NCBI GenBank assembly: GCA_951406725.2
Contig: OX597823.1
Location: forward strand, 95,108,001-95,172,000
DNA from: Octopus vulgaris
Taxonomy: Eukaryota
DNA: 64,000 bases
Reading direction: 5' to 3'
How positions within the stretch are numbered: the stretch's first letter is position 1; each line of letters starts with the position of its first letter. The translations under genes and the position numbers were made by a program. Positions 54,214 through 64,000 of the stretch are shown piece after piece. Under the pieces are notes generated by a model. It did not search any database. It worked only from the letters and a program-made list of their open reading frames with translations, and was not told the DNA's origin.

Positions 54214-54570
54214 GTTGATGTTGAATGCTCCTTTGACCCACGAATTGTCAAGAAGGAAGGCGAAAAGATAGATAGATATAACCCTCTTAAGTACAAAATA
54301 GCCCGGCTAAGGAAAATGAAGAAGGCGGTGTTTGTGCCAATTATTGTTGGGTTCTTGGAAACAGTAGCAGAAGGCATTAAGAGAGATATAAAGGAAATTG
54401 GAATAGTAGAACTGTTTCAAAATATTTGCCTTTTTGGCACGGTCAGAATAATCAGGAAAGCATTAGATGGCTGAAAAGAACGAATAGTATGATACCGTTG
54501 GTTGCAGGTACCAAGCCCGCTATGCATGCAAGAATGCAAGAACTCCAACAAAACCTGTGATAAAGAGAAA
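53230..54570 (+). mobile_element. R4/Dong LINE, 5'-truncated and degenerate (family E)
   Basis: EYLRRVRKIMASKLNARN...LYMKRVNGGRG; AVQDQ; CRNC...ETIVH; ends in (AAT)n. Confidence 0.85.
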
Positions 54571-54578
54571 ATAATAAT

Positions 54579-54661
<83 letters not shown>

Positions 54662-55029
54662 GAACACTCAGAGAGCGCAAATCTCCGCCAAGGCAAAACC
54701 AACGTCCTCTAAACGATTAGCCAGAGATGATTTTTAAAATCAGAATATCTGAAATAAACTCGACTGCTCTCACAAACGAGAATACTAAGGTTGAACCCGA
54801 GCACTCTCAAGAATTAAGTTAAAAAAAAAACGGGAAAAAATCATCCAGAATCCTTGACCGGTACCTGAGCGATCTCAAAATCCTATTAATTCGTGCCAAT
54901 CACGTTGCCAAACATCCCTGAAAGTTTAATTTGAATCCATCCAGTGGTTCTTGAGATATCATGAGCACGGACAAACAAACACGACTGAAAACAATACCTC
55001 CGCCTTTGCTAAGGCGGAGGTAATAATAA

Positions 55030-55420
55030 TGATGTTTAATAATATTACTAAGAGAGTAATGGAAGCTAGAAGGCCTGATTTGGTAGTAGTAGATAAAGAG
55101 AATAGAAAGTGCCAGATAATTGACTTTACAGTCTCGAATGATGAAAGAATTAATATGAAAGGTACAGAAAATATAACAAAGTACCAGGAGTTAGGTATTG
55201 AATTCTAGAGACTATGGAAAATGCGGGAAAATATATCCCAGTCGTTATAGGTGCATTGGGAACTATTCCTAAAAATCTGAGCAGAAGAAATAGGCATAAA
55301 ACCCAGTTTAGTACAGCTCCCGAAAACTGCTAGAATACTTAGGAGGGTTCTTGGCATTTAAGGTTACTTGTTGTAGCCCGATATTAGGATTATTTCCAAC
55401 ACTGTTGATTGCGTATGAAA
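55030..55420 (+). mobile_element. R4/Dong LINE 3' fragment (family F)
   Basis: ARRPDLVVVDKENRKCQIIDFTV...TKYQEL; PVVIGALG. Confidence 0.8.
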
Positions 55421-56608
55421 ACAACAACAACAACAGCAACAGCAACAAGAATAATAATCTATTATATAAAATCCATTCTGTCTGTCTGTGTGTGTGTGTC
55501 TTCTAGGATCTCAGGCATCCTCCATCTGATTGCGCCCAAATTTGATATGTAGATACCGACGGTATCAGGGCGTGTATAAGTCTTGAAAAAATTACAAAAA
55601 TCGATTCCAGGTGAGAATGCAATCGATAAAACCGTGGGAACGTGCATTTGTACGCGCAAGTACATCAGCTGTTGCGATCGATACTACATTGCCATTAATT
55701 GATTCTGTCGGACTGTGTTTACCCGATGAAACGCGTTCAGTTCCCTATTCGCCTGAGCTTCGCGATGACCATCAACAAAGCACAGGGGCAGTCACTGAAA
55801 GTCGTGGGGTTCGACCTCAGCACTCCCTGCTTTCGCACGGACAACGGTATGTGGACAGTTCGAGAGTTGGCTGTTCGACAAAACTTTTCTACTACGCTCC
55901 AGACGGAGTTACAAGGAATGTGGTTTACAAGGCTGCGCTCCACTAGCTTTTCTATGCCCTTGAATATTCCGTAAAGTAAGTTAGCTTAAAATTAGTTATT
56001 TAGTTCCATATGTTGTTGCTTTTCATCAAAAATCGCCCCAAGTTGATTTCCTACATGTTTTATCGGATAAACTTATTATTATCCCAGGTACGTTCTCATA
56101 AATTCATCATGCTTTTCCATCTAGATTTACCTCCAGCTAACCCATTTGCATGCATCGTTTTTGTCCTGCTTTTCTTCCGTCAACCTGTACATAACTAAAA
56201 CTTCCAGTTTTTGTTGTTTTTGTACTGATTAAAGGCACGTTTCTTTCCTGCCAAGCTTACAGTTTAAACCATGTTTGTGTTCTCCCAGTCAACAGCCTTA
56301 TCATAACTGGTATTTTAAACTCTTCGGTTGCATATTTGTGTGAATACAATCTTTATTTCTTCTTTTTCTGGTGTCACAAATTTAGGTTAAATCAGTGTTT
56401 CTGAAAGGGGAGGTCTATGGGACGGTCGGACAAGTTGTTTTGAGAAAATTTGGTTTAAATGTTTGACAACTCAGCACCGTCCATTGGACAGGGGGCGTTT
56501 TGCTCGTAATTATAATGGTAATAATACCACAATTTTACAGATAATTAAACATGAAAAAGTAATATAGAAATGGATAGCCAAGAGAACGAGATATATCTCA
56601 GTATAGAG

Positions 56609-56674
<66 letters not shown>

Positions 56675-56799
56675 TTAGTTTTGAGAAAAGATAAAGTTTT
56701 GTTTTTTTTCTCCCTGAAACAAAATTTAATTTTAAAAAAAATTGTTTCGATTTTTTTTTAAATAAAATTTTGAAAATTTGTGTTTTTTAATCTTTAGTT

Positions 56800-58750
56800 T
56801 TGATTTCCATTTGAAGAGATGAACTTTTGCGGGTTTAATGAAGATCTTGATGATCCAGTTTATCAGTGTGAGACAGGGTTGGGGGTAGCTGCCAACATTG
56901 TTTGGTCATCAAGAAACTAAATGCAAATTGGTGAGATAATACTGACAAAAGAACCAGAACTTGTACATTGTGAAGAGAACAAAAGGTCTTTGATGACAGA
57001 CAAGACAGAAAATAGTGGCATCAGAGAGCTGTAATACTGTGTGATGGGGGGGGGAGTATCAGATCCAGTAACAGAAATATAGGTTCAGTTCCCTGTACAC
57101 ATACAACATTAACAGTGAAGCCAAACAATTAGCCAATAGCCTACGTATAACCGATAGAGTAGAAATATTAGCCAAGATGAATGCCCTCATCTCAAAGAAC
57201 ATAAACCGAACTTTGTCTCTAACCCCAAATGCCATCTGATCGACTCGACCAAATCCGAGATCAGTTAGCAAATATATAGCAAGAAAGATGAATAAGGAAG
57301 CCTTCAAATTCTCTCTATGGCGCAGAACCAACGCGCTGATTTCATGGTTTAATGCTAAGCAGACCAGGGGCAGAGCAAGGTTCATACACTTCAACATAGT
57401 CGACTTTTACCCGTCTATAAAGAAAGGTTTACTGATCAAGGCACTTATCTTTGCTAGGGGCATCGCTGAAATTAGCAATAGAGATATAGGCGCAATCATG
57501 CACGCCGGGGAAACGGTGCTGTTTAATAAAGAGTGAACGTAGGCCAAGCAGTCCGTCCTGGAGGGTTCCTTCGATGTGGCAATGGGAACATACAGCAGCG
57601 CCAACATTTTGACCTCATTGGGCTATACATCCTGGACACCTTAAGTAAGAAGTTCCCTTCAATGACGCTCTGAACATCGCTAGAGGAACCAAGGGACACA
57701 CCCTTGAGAGACTTTGAACGGACCTGACCAGCGCCCTAGGCTCCATGGAACTCAAAATAACTATTGAGACCAATCTCATCACAATAAAAAAGCCGTGGCT
57801 TTCTATTACAAGGACCACGGCACTAACACCAGCGCCACGACTGGAGATGACGGCCACAGTAACAGCATCAGCGATGTACCAATCTCATACAACGGCAGCC
57901 ACTACACCATCAGCAACAGCAGCAACAACCCCAACATCCCAGGCAGGGTTGACTACTGCAACGGCAACAACTACAGCGTTATCACCAGTCCCACGCCTCG
58001 TAATAACAGCACCGATGACAGCTCCAACAACGGCGACAGTAAGAACAACCCCAAACCCGGAGCCAACAAAAGATACACCAGATGTGTGAACACAACCCAA
58101 ACTCAAGTTCGGAGATGTATCGGGTCGGCCGGAACTTCCTTTAAGCGACGCCTGTACAACCACAGGTCCTCTTTTAGGGTTCCAGAAAGACGTTACATCA
58201 CGACCCAGGTCAGCCACTTGTGGCATCTCAATGATGCTAGGAACCCCATACGAAATTAGATGATGGATCATAGAGCAGCCGGGCTCCTATATAAACTTGA
58301 GCAAGCTTTACATAGCAGAGCGGGTGAAGATCCTTAAAGAGTCACTAGCCTCAGGATTTCTCTTAAATTGAAAACATGGGATCTATATGCCATGACCCCA
58401 TCTGCAGGTGTGGGATTCCCCTTTCGTCATTTAGAGCTAGAAAACCTCTTTATGGGCTGACGTGCCCTGTTGGCCCTTTAGGTCCATAAGATTTGCTATC
58501 CGGACCCATCTAAGGGAAATAACTCGTTCTGTTTAAAGCTCTAACAGTGTATATTATTCTTCGTCTACAAATTAACTGATTGTAACATTTTTCTGCCTCC
58601 AGTTTGATGAGAGGTTATATGTCCTCCACCAATAGAATCTGGCGAGTCATCTATAAAGCTAAGCGCTTTGTAGATGCAAAACCATTGGTCGCTCTATGAG
58701 AGATCCTGAGGCTAGTGACTCTTTAAGGATCTTCATCCGCTCTGCTATGC
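56800..58750 (+). mobile_element. Degenerate Penelope-like element (RT and GIY-YIG)
   Basis: INSEAKQLA..L.ITDRVE; FIHFNIVDFYPSI; FDVAMGTY; CIGSAGTSFKRRLYNHRSSFR...HLWHL; degenerate hammerhead at about 58601-58693 and a short inverted copy at 58700-58750. Confidence 0.85.
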
Positions 58751-59299
58751 AAATATTTAAAGCCATGTAAATATATAATGTTTCCATAATCTTGTGATAT
58801 TTGTGTGTACCCGAAATATCTCAGAGACAGTATATTTTATCTTTTTTTCGCATATTTATTTTCATACTTACCTTCGGCAGAGCAGCAGAAACTTTTGTGA
58901 TATTTGGACCTCTATTTAAACGATTAAACCCAATTTTTGTTTGTTATTTCTTGACGAAAAATAAACCATGGCTTCCATGACGTCAACACACATACACACA
59001 TACACGCACATATAAAATACACACACATATAATGAATGTCATGGCGTATCAATCAACACACACGTCCGCTATTTGTGATAGATGCACACACATAACATTC
59101 GCGCTCTCTTAGTAAAAACAAGTTGACTTTTGACGTACACATTATTTTAATCATTTAGAAATATCTTTAACTGAATGTGATTTCATTATTTGGAGTTCGT
59201 TAATTTCCATAAAAATTTTTTTATTTAACTTTTGTTTTAAAGTGAAAGAGAAAGTGGTTCTCTTCAGTTTTGATCACAGATTTTTAAATTATTTTTTTA

Positions 59300-60048
59300 A
59301 CTAAATTGTTTAAAACTTCGTATACTGGTGTAATTTCTCACGCTGAACACAGTTTACTTTCAACATTTTTGACAAACTTTCGTTTTCTGGAAGTTATTTC
59401 GTGTTAAAGTTGTCGTATTTGGGTGATTTTAACCAATCAACGATGTGTATTCAGCTGAAGAAAGTTACTACTGTTTGTGATAGTAATCGAAGAGCAACAA
59501 CTTCCGGGTCATCTTTACAAAATGTCACCACTCAGTTCTATTTTATTTTTATTTACTGCATATTACATTTTGTGTTGCATATTATACGCTTTGTTTTTGG
59601 TTTTTGCAAGGAAGTGTTTTCCCTACAAAATGAAACCACCGAAGAACTAAATTGAAATAGCGAGCTGCTGGAATGCTGGTTAAATATTCCTAGAATTCAT
59701 TGGAGTTAAAACCACCAAATATTTTAATCACATTCTTAACTGATTGAAAGGCAAAAAAACCCCCAAAAAGCGTGTAATATGCAACACAGGCAATAAACAA
59801 AAATAAAATTGAACTGTGTGGTGACATTTAGTAAAGATGACCCCAAAGTTGTTCCTCTTCGATTGCTTTTGCAAACAGCAGTAACTTTCTTCAGCTGAAT
59901 ACACGTCGTTGATTGATTAAAATTACCTAAATACGACAATTTTAACACAATATAACTTCTAAATACGAAATTTTGTCAGAAATGTTGAAAGTAAACAGTG
60001 TCCTGTGTCAAAAATTACACCAGTATACGAAGTTTCAAACTGTTTAGT
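59300..60048. mobile_element. Foldback/MITE-like element with long imperfect inverted arms
   Basis: About 59300-59610 is an imperfect reverse complement of about 59750-60048 (mirrored ORFs 59401+ and 59948- in the track). Confidence 0.75.
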
Positions 60049-60369
60049 ATGGCCATAGGGGAAAGATTTTCAATTTAGTTGCATTTAGCATAATTTCACT
60101 TACTTATGATTAGATTTTATTAAATTTTCATTAGATTTAAGCCTTTATTTTTTTCTGTAAATCCTATTCTGACGTTAAATGAGTCAACTTCTGGAATGTT
60201 TTTTCACTTTGTTACTCTCTAAGAAAAAAACCAAACGTCGACAGTTCCAGTTAAATAAGTCCAGAAGTTAGGCTAAATACATATACATGCATAAGTACCA
60301 TGAATTCCCATTCTACAACCTGGTAAACAATTCCGTGAATACTTTACAGGACAACGCTGGGTAGTAAGA

Positions 60370-60442
<73 letters not shown>

Positions 60443-60650
60443 AAATAGAAAGATGAATTTTCTTGTTACAGATTATTCAAAAGTTTAACCGATACCTGGG
60501 TAGCAAAAATCACAGCAGAAAATACACGGTTGGAGATAAGACCATTTGGTGTTGCAACCGTGCGTTGGTGCGGATAATTGAAGTTTAATATTATTATTGA
60601 ATGGAAGAAATGGAGTTGAACGAAGATTGTACAGAGTTCCTTTTATTACA

Positions 60651-60730
60651 TTCTACACATGTTTCAAAGGCCACAAATTTCCAAATTCTGATTAAATAAG
60701 GGTACCATATTGTGGCTTTCTCATCAGGAA
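60651..60730 (-). ncRNA. Type I hammerhead motif, same repeat family as 27761-27842
   Basis: ttc-CTGATGA-gaaagccacaa...ttgtggccttt-GAAA-catgtg-TA-gaa; flanks similar to 27560-27840. Confidence 0.6.
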
Positions 60731-60807
60731 AAAACAGGAATTCCGTTGACAGAACAAAACAGAACAGAGGCGCAGCAATTCGAACGAGGAGGCTCTTTAA
60801 GAGCCTC

Positions 60808-60848
<41 letters not shown>

Positions 60849-61077
60849 TTTACGAAAAAAACAAAAGGCGAAGACAGGTGGTGTACAAAACAAACAGATG
60901 TATTAGTATAACGCTCAGGAATAGAAAAAGTCTTTTACGTTTCGAGTCTACGCTCTTCTGCAGAAAGGGACACAGAAAAAACAAGGAGAGAAAAAAATGT
61001 GTGTAGTGGCTAACGATCTATCATAGATATATATATCTATGTACTTGTGTGTTTGTGTTCATGTTTATGTGTTTGTA

Positions 61078-61123
<46 letters not shown>

Positions 61124-61241
61124 GCCATGTGTTTCAGTTTTCATTTATATGTATGTGTGTGTTTGTGCCCGTCTGTCTATATTTCCCATGTACCTATCTA
61201 TCTGTATATCTTCCTGTCCATATACGTACCCATTTACCACC

Positions 61242-61286
<45 letters not shown>

Positions 61287-61537
61287 GCATATACATACAT
61301 ATATATATTTACATGCACAGACACACACACACGTACACAGAGACACACACACACGCCAACATAACGGCCAACTAATAGCACTGTGTATATATAAGCTGTG
61401 GGTATTGGGGTATGACACCTTTGTATATTTCCTTTTTAGTACTGACGATGTTTCATTAATGGATACCACCTAGTAAACCATGCCTGAGACAAACACTTTA
61501 ACAACAAAGCCAAGTGGATGAGACAGCAACAACAGTG

Positions 61538-61845
61538 GGGGTGCAATGGCCCAATGGTTAGGGCAACGGACTCGCGGTTGGAGGATCGCGGTTTCGATCT
61601 CCAGACCGAGCATTGTGTGTGTTTATTGAGCAAAAACATCAAAAGCTCCACGAGTCTCCGGCAGTGGGGCGTGGGGACCCCCGTTGTACTCTTTCGCTCC
61701 AACTTTCTCTTACTCTTTCTTCCTGTTTCTTGTCCCCGACTTCCTACGCAACCGCTGAGCCTGGATGCGCATTCATCCATCCGTCGATGCTCTTGGTGTC
61801 GGGGGTTGACCTGCTTTCTCTTCTGCGGGTCTTACGAATAGCTAC
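61538..61845 (+). mobile_element. tRNA-derived SINE, family 2
   Basis: Similar to 42820-43105. Confidence 0.75.
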
Positions 61846-62556
61846 GCTCAACAGAAGCAGCAACAACAACAACCTCCGCGTGATACCCAAACAATATCGA
61901 CGGAATTGTCATGTCGGAATGTAAACTACCAGAGGACTTCGGTGCCAGGACACCGTAAAACAATACCGCCAACAACAACAACAACAACAATTATACGCCT
62001 GGAGTATACGATGGAGTACAGCCAGTTACGGATGAAATGCATGCTTTAGAATTACCACCGAAATTCGCTGCATATAAGGTCAGAAATATTTGTAGCGTAC
62101 ACTCGAGTAAAATTCCTCTCCCCTTTATTATATATACGTACATTCGAACGTAGCAGATAACAGCTAACCTTTGGCCGCTAATTGGAGGGAGCGCTTCTCC
62201 TCGGAGAGGAGAGACACATCTAGGACCATTGCAGAGAGACTAAATGGACATCTGAGACAGTATGACGACAAAAAATAATTCTCCATACTCTACCAACGTG
62301 CTAAAGACCAACATGGAGGCACTCTGGGTCAACTTGACACAGACATCTTATCCAAGCACCAGAAGGACCCAAAACCCAGACAAGTACAAGAGTTCGTCAT
62401 CATTAATGAAACATCCACTGTACTAAATAAAGAATATACATAGGTGTCATACCCCAATACCCACAGTTTATATATACGCAGTGTTGTTAGTAGGCCTTTA
62501 TGTCGGCGTGTGTGTGTGTCTGTATGTGTGCGTGTGTTTGTAAATATATATATATA

Positions 62557-62951
62557 CTAGCAGTATCGCCCGGCGTTGCTCGGGTTTGTAAGGGAAATAA
62601 TTATATAAGCATTTTTAGAGATGTAAAGTATAATAGCCATCTCAATATGGCTAACCACAAAGGGGGAGGGGTGTTACTGTAGCTTTTTACGTTCTGAGAT
62701 TTAATAATAAATTTTAGAGAGTTACTTCCCTTATATATGTCAAAAATGGATTAAAAATGGGAAAAATTGATGGTAAATTTTTTTTTAAATCGTAGACTCA
62801 TCGTAGACGCGCGCTAATACCCAGACGGTCTCGATATGAATCACGACTATAAGATACCCGGTTTTGGTTAAACTGCACCGCAAAATGTGGGAGTAGTTAG
62901 GAATCTAAATCGTAGGAGACAGACACACAACATCACTTTTATATATAAAGA
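62557..62951 (-). mobile_element. Non-autonomous Helitron-like element
   Basis: Minus strand begins TCtttatatataaaa and ends cccgagcaacgccgggcgatactgCTAG (subterminal hairpin plus CTAG); a similar end lies at 3484-3512. Confidence 0.65.
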
Positions 62952-63113
62952 TTTCCTCTATTTACATAATATTGAGGTCTCTTTCTTTCTTTTGTTATCT
63001 TACTGTTTTTACCAATATACATATATATATATATATAAATATATATATAGTTACAGAGATGTACTTGCATAGCAAGTGACTTGATCTGAGATCGTGTGCT
63101 GGAACGAAAACAG

Positions 63114-63372
63114 TTGCAGCGTTGAAGGTGTTTATAAGCCATTTAAGAAACACACAAAAACCGTTAGATTCACTTCAACATTTAAATTTAATTTGTCAAA
63201 ATATTTTCGTCGCTTTGAGACCGCGACCTGTTAGCACGATATTTTTGTCAGTGAACAGGTCGCGGTCTCAAAGCGACGAAAATATTTTGGCAAATTAAAT
63301 TTAAATGTTGAAGTGAATGTAACGGTTTTTGTGTGTTTCTTAAATGGCTTACAAACACCTTCCACGCTGCAA
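63114..63372. repeat. Near-perfect inverted repeat (about 119-bp arms) with a variant hammerhead at the centre
   Basis: 63114-63232 versus 63254-63372 are reverse complements with few mismatches. Confidence 0.8.
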
Positions 63373-63729
63373 TATATATATACACACATATATATATATG
63401 TATGTATGTGTGTATATGTGTATGCATGTATGTGTGTGTGTGTGCGTGTCTGTGCTTGTGATCGTCCTCCACCACTGCTTGACAACGAATGTTGGTTTGT
63501 TTACATCCCTGTCACCTAGTGGTTTGACAAAGGAAACAGATAGAATAAGTACAATGCTTACAAAAATAAAACTGGAGTTGATTAATTAAACTACAATTCT
63601 TCAAGGCATTGCCCCAGCATGGCCACAGACCAATGGCTGGAAAAAGCAGAAGAATAAAAGAATACATTCTCTGCTTTGGTCTTATGTTCAAGGCATGAGA
63701 AAGCTTGAGTTTACATGAGAAGGCCTAAC

Positions 63730-64000
63730 AGACCTGGTAGAAACAGCAGCCAAATCTCCCGCAAATCACACCTTACTGTCTTATGTATGTATATATATAT
63801 GAGCCAATGAGGGGGACCTCTACATGGTAGCTAGACCTGGTAGAAATAGCAGCCAAATTTCTCCCAAATCACACCTTACTGTCTTATCTATGTATATATG
63901 TATGTATGAGCCTATGAGGGAGACCCCTACATAACAGCTAGACATGGTAGAAATAGCAGCCAAATCTCCCTCAAATCACACCTTACTGTCTTATCTTTCT
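63730..64000. repeat. About 105-bp tandem repeat, at least 2.5 copies, running off the window end
   Basis: gacctggtagaaatagcagccaaatctccc.caaatcacaccttactgtcttat recurs at about 63731, 63835 and 63941. Confidence 0.8.

Larger units (their letters stand above)
55459..60372 (+). mobile_element. Probable Helitron-derived element with a Pif1 helicase fragment and nested insertions
   Basis: 5' TCtattatataaaa...(tgtc)n head; 55700-55950 [27 protein letters not shown]; 3' caacgctgggtagtaagacta; joining both ends into one element is an inference. Confidence 0.55.

Noticed and set aside
61436-61500. CTGACGA hammerhead-like core
   Set aside because: No properly placed GAAA or stem III

Overview
AT-rich, microsatellite-dense eukaryotic DNA whose repeat content (tRNA-derived SINEs, TAA-targeted R4/Dong LINEs, RTE, Penelope) is consistent with a cephalopod, probably Octopus; that assignment is an inference. 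The left 39 kb holds a complete 10-coding-exon SLC22 (organic cation transporter-like) gene on the minus strand (38698->1551; 1656 nt, 551 aa, all introns GT-AG and phase-consistent). One isolated FMNL-type formin FH2 exon lies on the plus strand at 52439-52568. The rest is transposon remnants (stacked R4/Dong RLE-LINEs in (AAT)n tracts, RTE, CR1-like, Penelope, mariner, pogo/Tigger, Helitron, SINEs) and simple repeats. The most notable element is a non-coding, near-identical 492-nt tandem array (about 3.7 direct copies plus one inverted partial copy, 39937-42086) just upstream of SLC22. Each unit carries a type I hammerhead ribozyme with a long G-U-rich stem II extension inside a highly structured RNA, which makes it a retrozyme/circRNA-like candidate. 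More than a dozen other hammerhead-like motifs are scattered through the window, including a G3-C8 covariant core. All calls were read by eye; no searches or folding programs were run.
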